Below are positions 47,561-56,176 of a stretch of 64,000 bases of DNA, piece after piece. The notes under the pieces were generated by a model. That model did not search any database, was not told where the DNA came from, and saw nothing but the letters and a program-made list of their open reading frames with translations. Both the position numbers and the translations under genes were made by a program. Each line of letters opens with the position of its first letter. The stretch's first letter is position 1. This DNA is from a virus: IMG/VR virus record IMGVR_UViG_3300037882_003154, positions 57,374 through 121,373 of that record, one strand, 5' to 3'.

Positions 47561-48211
47561 CTAAGCCAAAGTACGAGCCGGATAATCCTTAAGTGTTGGT
47601 ATCAATGCCGGTTCTTTGATTACAAATTCGCCAGGGACCCCAATGGTCGGTGAAGCAGCATCATCAGGACCCACACCATTCCCAATACCTATGGCATTGG
47701 CAGTAAAATAGTTCTTGTTACTATATGTCAAAACAAGTCTTGAACTGTGTCTACCGGCACTATTTTGTAATGAGAATGTATAAAGATGGCTTGTTCGGAT
47801 CACAACCACCTTATTAACTCTACGACGATTGCCAAAATCAGCAGCACCACTGTTCATAAGTGTATTGGGCAATCCCGCTAGGGTGTCGGACTGTCGTATA
47901 ATAACATATTTGCCCTTGGTCATAGAGGCAAAAACGCCGCTATTAAGCACCTTAAATGTTGAAGAACGAGTTGTGGTTACGGTAGCCCCATCGCCAGAAA
48001 GTAGATCTGCAATTTGATCCGCAGTCATCGGATTGGTAACTTTACTACCATAAAATCCATGAACAGCAAGATTGGTATAACTAACATGTTTTGTAATTGG
48101 GCTGTTTGAGGCGATATTGCCAGCAAAAGCCATAGCCCCACCATTATTACGAAATGCATTTGCTGAGATTACTTTACTAATACCAGTTCTGCTGTTTGAA
48201 ACAATAGCCAT
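47561..48211 (-). CDS. Hypothetical protein, possibly virion-associated
   Basis: Small-residue-rich composition, AASPT.GVPGEF..DYPART tail; preceded by the GGTGTATTT motif. Confidence 0.5.
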   Translation of the reverse strand: MAIVSNSRTGISKVISANAFRNNGGAMAFAGNIASNSPITKHVSYTNLAVHGFYGSKVTNPMTADQIADLLSGDGATVTTTRSSTFKVLNSGVFASMTKGKYVIIRQSDTLAGLPNTLMNSGAADFGNRRRVNKVVVIRTSHLYTFSLQNSAGRHSSRLVLTYSNKNYFTANAIGIGNGVGPDDAASPTIGVPGEFVIKEPALIPTLKDYPARTLA

Positions 48212-48256
48212 ATTGTATACCTCTTTACATACTTTTGCGTGATTACTCTATTCAAT

Positions 48257-48265
48257 AAATACACC
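48257..48265 (-). promoter_or_regulatory. Recurrent GGTGTATTT motif, copy upstream of 48211
   Basis: Identical 9-mer also at 48937..48945 (minus) and 56120..56128 (plus), each in an intergenic gap upstream of a gene. Confidence 0.5.
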
Positions 48266-48275
48266 ACCGGGGCTT

Positions 48276-48920
48276 TTACAAGATATTTTCTGCTTGTTTA
48301 GAGTAGTTGAATCTAGCTCCATAAATACCGGCGCTACGTAGCAATGGAAGGTGTCTCTTATTTAAAAGTTGGCTATAACAAATTGTGTTAATGCCTATTT
48401 TTTGAACAGCCTCACATGCTATTATATTCTCATTTGGGTCATCTGCAAACACACCCGAAGAACTAATGATGGTTGTTATACCGGTCTTTTGCCTAATTAA
48501 TGAGCAGATGGCAACAAAGTCTTGAATGCTGAATAGTTTATAGTCTACAATGAATCTGATCTCTATTTTGTTTGTATGGGCTAGTGTGCTACAGGTATTT
48601 AGATCATTAAAAAAATTTTTCTTATCATTATTTGTTAGATAAGTGTGGTTTATCACAACATCAACAATATCACAGTTTTGTTTAGTAGACTCTAAAATAG
48701 CATGTAATTTTAAAGGAATGCTATCATTTCCATATGGATAGTTAATTAGACTACCAAATTTAGTAAGAGTTTCAACTTCTTTTAAATATGGTCGGGCTTT
48801 AAAGGCATATCCAACTGGTACACAAAAAGAATCAAAAGAATGCGATGTGGCTAAGTGTGCAGCCTCAACAATCTCTTTGTAGTTAATGTGGTGTGAAACA
48901 CAGCAAATTTCTAAAATCAT
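48276..48920 (-). CDS. Deoxyribose-phosphate aldolase (DeoC)-fold protein lacking catalytic lysines
   Basis: FDSFCV, INYPYG, VDVVIN, IRFIVD match DeoC; the KTSTG motif appears as ISSSG. Confidence 0.7.
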   Translation of the reverse strand: MILEICCVSHHINYKEIVEAAHLATSHSFDSFCVPVGYAFKARPYLKEVETLTKFGSLINYPYGNDSIPLKLHAILESTKQNCDIVDVVINHTYLTNNDKKNFFNDLNTCSTLAHTNKIEIRFIVDYKLFSIQDFVAICSLIRQKTGITTIISSSGVFADDPNENIIACEAVQKIGINTICYSQLLNKRHLPLLRSAGIYGARFNYSKQAENIL

Positions 48921-48936
48921 AGTGTACCTCTAAAAG

Positions 48937-48945
48937 AAATACACC
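48937..48945 (-). promoter_or_regulatory. GGTGTATTT motif upstream of the DeoC-like gene
   Basis: Lies about 17 nt upstream of the ATG, before the AGAGGT RBS. Confidence 0.45.
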
Positions 48946-48946
48946 C

Positions 48947-49519
48947 CTAGTTGGTGTCTTGTGTTGTGTCAATATGCTTGATATCTTTTTCTAGTCTATA
49001 GTCCCAGTAACCATCTACAACACCATATTTTATAGCCTCTTTGCTAGTCAACCACCAGCCCTTATTAATTCTGCCCAAAAAGTCTTGTTTTTTCTTGGTT
49101 GTATGACATCCACAGGCTTTGCAAACTAGAGAATTAATTTCATCAGATCTTTTTTCTAGGTGCTCGCTCATTATTTTTACATTGCCAGCACGATCTTCAT
49201 TAGTGGCATAAGACATCGGATGTACCATAATAGTTGAGTTTCTAGTACAATATCTATGACCATGACTGCCCAACACTAATATATCAGCAGCCCCAGAACA
49301 AGCCAAAGAATAACAAATGGTATGAACGGTTATACCTATGGATTGTAGCCCTAGCATTTCATCTATAATAGCACAAGCGGCATCAAAGCTACCACCATCT
49401 GAACATATGTAAATATATATGTCCTCGACGCCAATGTCAATAAGCCTACGAATCTTCCTGATTACCTTTAAAGACAATCTGACACTTATATTATGAAATA
49501 GATATATGCGTGGATCCAT
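48947..49519 (-). CDS. clpP: ClpP-family protease
   Basis: IYICSDGGS, LACSGAA (Ser), IMVH (His), EAIKYGVVD; catalytic Asp position appears as Gly. Confidence 0.82.
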   Translation of the reverse strand: MDPRIYLFHNISVRLSLKVIRKIRRLIDIGVEDIYIYICSDGGSFDAACAIIDEMLGLQSIGITVHTICYSLACSGAADILVLGSHGHRYCTRNSTIMVHPMSYATNEDRAGNVKIMSEHLEKRSDEINSLVCKACGCHTTKKKQDFLGRINKGWWLTSKEAIKYGVVDGYWDYRLEKDIKHIDTTQDTN

Positions 49520-49538
49520 AGGACCTTCAAAAACAGAA

Positions 49539-50228
49539 CTAGTCTAGGTAGCTGGTAAGAGATCCCCCTACATTTTGTTGTGATTCTTTTAATACTTCCA
49601 TATAATGCTGAAATTCTGGTGTGTCTTCTTCTGATACAACCACCTTTTTTTTACCATTGGGCAATATGTATTCAGCCCAATACTTAGATTTTATGGTTAT
49701 TGGTTGGTTTTCTGATACAATACTCGAAGCATAAATCTCTTCTTCGATCTTTGTGCTCTCAAAAAATTTATTAATATCTTCTCGTATCTTTCTGGTTGGG
49801 TCAAATGTAGAATCGGGATTTTTGCTATCTTCGTCATGGTCTGGTGATGACAGAAATGCTTTGCCAAAACCAATCAGAAATCTATATCTAGTTAATATTC
49901 TTAGGATTTCTACACCAGTAAATCTATTTAGGGCATTTGTGATATCGGCATTGAGATTAAAATTAGTGTGACCTATCCAAATTTGAAATGACTTGCCTAT
50001 GTCTGTTTTGGGATTAAATGGAATAGGCGAGCCATGTGCAACCATCATCTTGGGCTCTACATCTGGGTCTTCTATGTCGTATGATTGATTAATTAATTGT
50101 AAGTTACCCTGATTATCTCTGAAAGTATCGCCCTCAGATAAAAATGACATCATAGCCTTAAAATCTTTAATGGGAAATACTGATGGGTTTTCCCACTTTT
50201 CCCAAATAATTCTGCGTTTTTCTGACAT
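49539..50228 (-). CDS. Hypothetical protein
   Basis: 229-aa ORF coupled to thyX. Confidence 0.6.
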   Translation of the reverse strand: MSEKRRIIWEKWENPSVFPIKDFKAMMSFLSEGDTFRDNQGNLQLINQSYDIEDPDVEPKMMVAHGSPIPFNPKTDIGKSFQIWIGHTNFNLNADITNALNRFTGVEILRILTRYRFLIGFGKAFLSSPDHDEDSKNPDSTFDPTRKIREDINKFFESTKIEEEIYASSIVSENQPITIKSKYWAEYILPNGKKKVVVSEEDTPEFQHYMEVLKESQQNVGGSLTSYLD

Positions 50229-51149
50229 TTATTCGCCTTTCTGAGACTCAAAAAATGATGGCTCTTTAGCTGTAGACATATCTAAATCAAATGATTGGGG
50301 ATCTGGTACAGAAAGCTTATGCCAAAACTCGTCAAATTCCCGACTGGACATTCCAATTTCTTGACTAATCTTAACTAGAGATTCATTATTTTTGTTTATG
50401 GTTGCATATTGTTCATCTTCTTTATATACTGATATTCTTTGCTGTAACACCCTGTCTAGTCTAGTAAAATTAACAGCCTGAAAACTGTAATCATACCAAG
50501 CCTCAAAAGCCAGCGGGCAAACCGCTTTGACTATGCCAGCCATAGTATTGGCATATTGACGTATCTCATACTGAGCATGGCTATCACATCTGAGCTTTAA
50601 ATAATGGAATAGATTATGCAAATCTATCTTCCAATAGAAGTATGTATATGTATTAAGAGGCAAGTGCATTCTGGCTATTTCACGAGCAACACCACCCTTG
50701 ATACATTGATTATACAGATTAAAAGCAAATTCACTATTACCTTCTATTTGTGATTTAATCCAGCCACTTTGTACAATGTCTAATTCGTCATTAGATCTAC
50801 CCTGTTTATTATTTGTTGACTGAAGATTTAGTTTGTAATCTTCGTACATTAACTCTGGTACTTCACTATAACGTGAACTGAACTCGTTTGTTGACGACAT
50901 TCTGTGCCTGATGTGTTGTCTATGACAATGTATCGGCATAGACATATGAAATCTTAGAGTAACCATCTCATATGGAGTGGTATGTTTGTGTCTCATCAAA
51001 TATCTAAGTAAATTTCTAGTATCGGACACCTTCCTTGTGCCTTTACCATAGCTTACTCTGGCTGATTCTTCTATGGTACTATCATCGCCCATAATTTCTT
51101 TTAGGGCTACAAATCCATAATCTAGGACAGGAAAATATTTATCTAACAC
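50229..51149 (-). CDS. thyX: FAD-dependent thymidylate synthase
   Basis: ARVSYG, HTTPYE, RQHIRHRMSSTNEFSSRY, AREIAR..LP, LRCDSHAQYEIR. Confidence 0.95.
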   Translation of the reverse strand: MLDKYFPVLDYGFVALKEIMGDDSTIEESARVSYGKGTRKVSDTRNLLRYLMRHKHTTPYEMVTLRFHMSMPIHCHRQHIRHRMSSTNEFSSRYSEVPELMYEDYKLNLQSTNNKQGRSNDELDIVQSGWIKSQIEGNSEFAFNLYNQCIKGGVAREIARMHLPLNTYTYFYWKIDLHNLFHYLKLRCDSHAQYEIRQYANTMAGIVKAVCPLAFEAWYDYSFQAVNFTRLDRVLQQRISVYKEDEQYATINKNNESLVKISQEIGMSSREFDEFWHKLSVPDPQSFDLDMSTAKEPSFFESQKGE

Positions 51150-51163
51150 GAAGCGAATCCTTA

Positions 51164-51574
51164 TTAATGATTTTCAAAATCAAAAGATAGTGGTGTAATT
51201 ACAGGGCTTTCGTCTTCTGGTTCATCTAAAGACTGCCATATAGTCATAGCATGTTCTAAAAACTCTGATAGTTCTGGTTTTTCTTTTGTGGTTTGTTGTA
51301 TTATTTCTTTGGTAACTTGTGTCAGATCGCCCGAATGTATACCAGACAAAAGAGACCCCAACTGGTTAGAATACTTTATAAAATCAGCATCATTTTTGAT
51401 AGCCGGTATATTTATGTATACTTCTAGTCCTTCCTCTTCATCGAACCCATATTGAATTGATATATTTTTTGGAACAAATTTTTTGGGGGCTCTAGTGATC
51501 GCCCTCTTCCTATTTGTTTTTTTTATCATATTTTTGCATTTTCTTAAGAGCCCTATTGATTGTAATACGAACAC
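51164..51574 (-). CDS. Hypothetical protein
   Basis: ORF in operon; true start probably MIKKT. Confidence 0.5.
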   Translation of the reverse strand: MFVLQSIGLLRKCKNMIKKTNRKRAITRAPKKFVPKNISIQYGFDEEEGLEVYINIPAIKNDADFIKYSNQLGSLLSGIHSGDLTQVTKEIIQQTTKEKPELSEFLEHAMTIWQSLDEPEDESPVITPLSFDFENH

Positions 51575-52112
51575 CCTCCCTAGACATTTTAGTATGGGAC
51601 CTGGATATTTCTAGTCTATTCTTGCCCATTAAATAGAAGAGCTCAATGAATGACCTTTCATTTTCGGTCAGCCCAGAGTTATCCATCAGGTGTTTAATGT
51701 GCTCTGCATCATTAATATTTTTCCGCTCATCATCAACCCAACTATTATCTTCTGACACTTGTAACTTTGGGCAATTTTGCTTACGTTTAGCAATTCGGTA
51801 CATATCTAAGATTGCATAGTATGCATACAAGGATCGTTGGGTTGATAGAGAATTTTCCTTGCTTGGATCCCAAGACATATCAGCCAACATAATATAGTGT
51901 GCAACATGAGATATAGCATCTTCGTTATACAGCATATTTATGCACGCCGTTCTCCTTTTAATCTTATCAACCTTAGAAAAATAAGATATAAATTTTTTGG
52001 CTTGTGTTAAATATTCAGGCAATGATTGCAGATTAACATTATTATTATTTATAATCTTGTTTCTTTTGATATCTTTGATACAAAAAAAATTATTCTTAGT
52101 CGTCTTTCTCAT
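51510..52112 (-). CDS. Second sigma-70-like factor (region 4 clear, region 2 divergent)
   Basis: LTENERSFIELFY...EIS...MSREGVRITINRALKKM; WDP..SLST region-2-like. Confidence 0.65.
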   Translation of the reverse strand: MRKTTKNNFFCIKDIKRNKIINNNNVNLQSLPEYLTQAKKFISYFSKVDKIKRRTACINMLYNEDAISHVAHYIMLADMSWDPSKENSLSTQRSLYAYYAILDMYRIAKRKQNCPKLQVSEDNSWVDDERKNINDAEHIKHLMDNSGLTENERSFIELFYLMGKNRLEISRSHTKMSREGVRITINRALKKMQKYDKKNK

Positions 52113-52335
52113 CTATTTCTACCCAAGGAATTTTTAGTTCTGTTCTAGATTGTATATACTTGATGACCACTAAAGCATTAGCAATAGCGGTACCAAGTCC
52201 GGTAACTATCTTTGTCACACTGTCTACGACCACCCCCTGGTCCTGTGCTGTGATTATGCCAAGCAATACTAAAAAACCAATTAGCTGTGTAAGTAAAACG
52301 GTCCAAAATTCGGTAGTTCTAATTCCTGGTTTCAT
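52096..52335 (-). CDS. Small two-helix membrane protein (holin-like)
   Basis: MKPGIRTTEFW followed by two hydrophobic segments, YIQSRT. Confidence 0.55.
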   Translation of the reverse strand: MKPGIRTTEFWTVLLTQLIGFLVLLGIITAQDQGVVVDSVTKIVTGLGTAIANALVVIKYIQSRTELKIPWVEIDEKDD

Positions 52336-52347
52336 AAATGATCCTTT

Positions 52348-53514
52348 TTAAAAGAGTGAAGAAATAAGTTGGTCGGCTGTGTTTTCCCAAGAAAACCTTT
52401 TAGATGTTTCAAGGGCTCTTTGAGAGATTGTTTGATTGACTGACTTGCTGATGTCTGAATGAATGTGTTTCATACAGGTGATAATATCATTTTTTTGTTT
52501 TGGACCGATATGAGCCCAATTGCCCTGATTAAAGAAAAACTTTCCATCATAGGCTGGTTCAACCTCATCTATATCAATAAGATAGCAGTTTTCTTCTGTA
52601 CAAAATTCTGTGTGACCACTATAATTAGTAGCTATTACTAATTTGCCCATAGCCATAGCTTCCAAACATGGTAAATCCCATCCCTCAGCCTTACTAATAG
52701 ATAATACACAATCTACCTGTGACATTACCTGGGCTATTTCTACTTGGGTTTGGAATCTAGGTAATATTTTGATTTTTGAGCCCAGTTCAGAATTTTTGTA
52801 AAGTGATAACCACTCTTGCATTTCTTCTTGTGTTACGAAAAAAGAGTGTGGTGTAAGCCAGAGTTCAACGGAATCATTCTCGTTAAACGCATCTGCGAAT
52901 ATCTCATGTATTATATCGTGAGACTTGCGAATTTCGAGCTTGCCCGGCAAATAAAATACTGTTTTTACATTTGGGTCTCTAAAATTTGTGCTAGGCTCTG
53001 GTCGAATATTTTCATTGAAGATATCACGATCAACACCAAGTGGTATTATGTGATAGTTATTTACATCAATTTCTTTACAGTTGTTCAATACATCGGCAGC
53101 CCACCGACTACAAACAAATATTTGGTGGAGCCCATTTAAACTGTTAATTTCATGTGGTGCAAACTTATCTAGTTCAAATATAGGAAACCCCACTCTCCTA
53201 CCATACCCTACAGATTCATGTAGTAAGTGCTGATGAAATATTCTTAGTGTTGGAGCCCTACGATCATAGTTACATTTGTTCTGTATGGTTGGTACTAGAT
53301 ATTGTTCAACCAATTGATTTATATAGTTGGGATCTTTGGATATATGTGACATATGCCATTCTATTGTCCTTTGTTTATCGTTGATGTTTGGTATATCTAT
53401 TGGAAATAGTGACACATTAACACCATTATCTACTAATGCCCTAAGAATATTCCATCCGACAAGCCCATAGGACAATGGGTTTATTGGAGCCATTAAATTT
53501 AGATTCAGGTTCAT
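52348..53514 (-). CDS. Glycosyltransferase family 4 (outside the main island)
   Basis: GKLEIRKSHD, SKAEGWDLPCLEAMAMGK; similar to 12389..13540. Confidence 0.85.
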   Translation of the reverse strand: MNLNLNLMAPINPLSYGLVGWNILRALVDNGVNVSLFPIDIPNINDKQRTIEWHMSHISKDPNYINQLVEQYLVPTIQNKCNYDRRAPTLRIFHQHLLHESVGYGRRVGFPIFELDKFAPHEINSLNGLHQIFVCSRWAADVLNNCKEIDVNNYHIIPLGVDRDIFNENIRPEPSTNFRDPNVKTVFYLPGKLEIRKSHDIIHEIFADAFNENDSVELWLTPHSFFVTQEEMQEWLSLYKNSELGSKIKILPRFQTQVEIAQVMSQVDCVLSISKAEGWDLPCLEAMAMGKLVIATNYSGHTEFCTEENCYLIDIDEVEPAYDGKFFFNQGNWAHIGPKQKNDIITCMKHIHSDISKSVNQTISQRALETSKRFSWENTADQLISSLF

Positions 53515-53527
53515 TGTTGAAGCAATC

Positions 53528-53767
53528 TTATTTATTTTCCAAACGTATTCTGAATAGATTGACTTGTGATTCTAGTATACCGATCTGGTCTTGTAGATCG
53601 AGTATTGTTTTTGCCGCCTCTAACAAGGCTTGCTTTTTTATCATATTGGCTGTGATAACTGTTGAAGACTGACCACAAGGACCATCATATTCTTTTGCAT
53701 GAGCCCTAAGCTGCAATATAATGTCTCCACCAGCCCTCAACTTATCTAAATATTTTTCACTACTCAT
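53528..53767 (-). CDS. Hypothetical protein
   Basis: Short ORF, C-terminal coiled coil. Confidence 0.45.
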   Translation of the reverse strand: MSSEKYLDKLRAGGDIILQLRAHAKEYDGPCGQSSTVITANMIKKQALLEAAKTILDLQDQIGILESQVNLFRIRLENK

Positions 53768-53774
53768 TCTGGCA

Positions 53775-54077
53775 CTAAAGTGTTACTATCTCATTGTGGA
53801 ATGTTTCTTGAACATTCTGTTCAATAACAAAGTGGGCTATTCTAATCAAAACCTCTATTGGCACCCCATTTATTTGCTTGGGGACTCCCCTAAGTTGGTG
53901 GACAAACTGGTTGGGAAATTTAATCGTACAGGGCTTTAGTTCATCAGTTGTAATAATTGGCTGATATTTTACTGTAATATCACCAACAAACTGTCTTTGG
54001 TTGTCAACATCCCACTGTATTTGGGCTACTTCTCTAATACTAGCAAACCTGGCTTGTCTTTTACTAGGTTCTGACAT
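53775..54077 (-). CDS. Hypothetical protein
   Basis: ORF in operon. Confidence 0.45.
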   Translation of the reverse strand: MSEPSKRQARFASIREVAQIQWDVDNQRQFVGDITVKYQPIITTDELKPCTIKFPNQFVHQLRGVPKQINGVPIEVLIRIAHFVIEQNVQETFHNEIVTL

Positions 54078-54960
54078 TCAGTATTTCTGCAAGCTTTTTC
54101 TTATTATAATTGAACAGAAAAGGAAATTCCTTGGTTGCACTCTCATCTGGTAGATAATTAGCCCCAGTATCATCTACGACCATTTTAGCACGCTTGTTTT
54201 TGTCTGGAACACCAACAGATGGGTCTATGAGCCATTCCACATCATGTTTCTTACACCACTTCTTAATCCTGGTCATCGGTACGGTTAAATTAAACATTTC
54301 ACCAGCACCACGAACCAACATACCAGTATATTTGCCGTCTGTGGTAAAAACACCACCACCCGACGATCCTGGGAAAGCCCCAACAGCCACCTGACAATAT
54401 GGCTTATTATCAATGAGTCTACCATTTTGGCTAACAATACCCTTGGTCAATGAATTGTGACCATCGAGCCCCAAGAAAGACCCTACGTGGTATAGGTCCG
54501 TACCAATAACCGGGTCCGAATCTGATAGATTAAACTCTACTGTTCCTTGTATTAAATTGCTCTTATATACCTCTAGTATGGCAATATCATCGCCAGTTAA
54601 ATGATCACTAAATTTAATGATCTTGGCATCAAAGAACATCTGACCAACCCTACGTCCATCTTCTTGTATTTCCTTGACTATTTTTGCATCATTAAACTCT
54701 ACACGATCAACAACAATGCCGGTGGTCGAATCTACACCCTTATTGGTATATCTAAGGCTTCTGACAACATGTCCTGCGGTTAGAATAAATTGTCGATTAG
54801 TCCCATCTACATTACGGGTTACAACAACCCCGGAGCCAGAACCAGCACTAGTTACCACCGTCACACTAACATTCTGTAGACCACTAATTACAGTGTCTTG
54901 GGCTATTGCTGTTGATACGAATAGCATAAGTGAAAACATGATGCTTACAATACTTTTCAT
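54064..54960 (-). CDS. Secreted trypsin-like serine protease
   Basis: Signal peptide MKSIV..AIA, LTAGHV (His), DDIAIL (Asp), PGSSGGG (Ser). Confidence 0.88.
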   Translation of the reverse strand: MKSIVSIMFSLMLFVSTAIAQDTVISGLQNVSVTVVTSAGSGSGVVVTRNVDGTNRQFILTAGHVVRSLRYTNKGVDSTTGIVVDRVEFNDAKIVKEIQEDGRRVGQMFFDAKIIKFSDHLTGDDIAILEVYKSNLIQGTVEFNLSDSDPVIGTDLYHVGSFLGLDGHNSLTKGIVSQNGRLIDNKPYCQVAVGAFPGSSGGGVFTTDGKYTGMLVRGAGEMFNLTVPMTRIKKWCKKHDVEWLIDPSVGVPDKNKRAKMVVDDTGANYLPDESATKEFPFLFNYNKKKLAEILNVRT

Positions 54961-54973
54961 TTTAAATCCTTTC

Positions 54974-55813
54974 TTAGAGAAATACATTAACCAAATTACA
55001 ATAAAATTGCTCTGGGTCTATACACTGTAGACCTGACATTTGACCATCATTAACTTCTACTAGAATCCAATCATCTGAATCTTCTTTTTGGGCTATATCC
55101 AAAACAAAAAATGGCACATGCTCACTAATTATATTCGCTATTTTATTGACAAAATCAAGACCCGCTGCGGTCATCTGAGCCCTATTTATTGTATCCTCTT
55201 CGGCGATTTCCCAATAGTATCCATAGTCTATAATTTTATTTTTATAAAAGAAAAATCGCCATTCATTAGAAAATCTCATGCCACCCACACCAACTTCTAG
55301 TGTTTTCAGTGGTACAAACTCTCTAAATATGACACCCTGTTGGGCTATATTGTCATCAGACATTAACTCCGAGGCAATTAAAAGGGCTTCTTTTCTATCA
55401 CGGGCAAACATCTTTGTAGCCCATTGGTTCTTTTTGGAGTTTGTCTTGCCTTTAACAACAAATGGACCATCGTGGTCACATTGGCTCAGGTCATGGAACC
55501 AAGTTTGTGGTGTGTGCTCTATAACATCATTGTACCATAAAAAGTCTGCTATATATTTGTGTTGTTTTGGGCTGTTTATTAACTCGTGTCTGAAAAACCC
55601 CAGATCATAATTCACTTCCTGGTAATATGGAAGCACAGAATATCTGCCTAAAACACCTTGATATCTGGTGGTAGTGATCGCAATATTTAACTTAGGAAAA
55701 TCTAGCTGGCAGCGAGAGGTTATACAATCAAAATATTTGCTGGCAATGTTAAATTCTTCCTCATTCCATTTATTTTTACGAAAAAGAATTTTTGGGAAGA
55801 TATGATTTAACAT
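54974..55813 (-). CDS. ATP-grasp protein (R2K/DUF4343-like)
   Basis: FVVK, FREFV, EWRFFF, FFVLDIA, ILVEVNDGQMSG. Confidence 0.8.
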   Translation of the reverse strand: MLNHIFPKILFRKNKWNEEEFNIASKYFDCITSRCQLDFPKLNIAITTTRYQGVLGRYSVLPYYQEVNYDLGFFRHELINSPKQHKYIADFLWYNDVIEHTPQTWFHDLSQCDHDGPFVVKGKTNSKKNQWATKMFARDRKEALLIASELMSDDNIAQQGVIFREFVPLKTLEVGVGGMRFSNEWRFFFYKNKIIDYGYYWEIAEEDTINRAQMTAAGLDFVNKIANIISEHVPFFVLDIAQKEDSDDWILVEVNDGQMSGLQCIDPEQFYCNLVNVFL

Positions 55814-55838
55814 TTTATGATCTCTGCGGTCATATTAT

Positions 55839-55867
55839 ATTCTATTTCCTAGGACCATTAATGTCAA
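55839..55867 (-). promoter_or_regulatory. Sigma-70 consensus promoter
   Basis: TTGACA (55862..55867), exactly 17 nt, TAGAAT (55839..55844), in the intergenic gap upstream of the ATP-grasp gene. Confidence 0.8.
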
Positions 55868-55887
55868 CCCCCAAATTTCTGGATTTT

Positions 55888-56100
55888 TTAATTAGACAAA
55901 AGATTTTCGGATATAATATCGTTTTTAGATATCCAAACATCCATATTAAAGGGTGGGTCCTTATAATAAGGTGTGAAATCTACTAAATAGTGTTTTTCTG
56001 TCATTTCTTTGACATACCCATACCATGTGCCAAGGAAATATAGATTACATAAAACCTTGATGTTCTTGGGCTTATCGAAAATTTGCTGTTTATTCGGCAT
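55888..56100 (-). CDS. Small hypothetical protein
   Basis: ORF divergent from the plus-strand gene. Confidence 0.5.
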   Translation of the reverse strand: MPNKQQIFDKPKNIKVLCNLYFLGTWYGYVKEMTEKHYLVDFTPYYKDPPFNMDVWISKNDIISENLLSN

Positions 56101-56110
56101 TTTTGATGTC

Positions 56111-56128
56111 TACACCGGGGGTGTATTT
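56111..56128. promoter_or_regulatory. Palindrome TACACC-ggg-GGTGTA overlapping the GGTGTATTT motif, in the divergent gap
   Basis: Perfect 6-bp inverted repeat with a 3-nt spacer between divergent genes. Confidence 0.55.
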
Positions 56129-56176
56129 TATTATATGTAACTACTTCTTAGTTAATTATATATTGGTTTATTAAAA

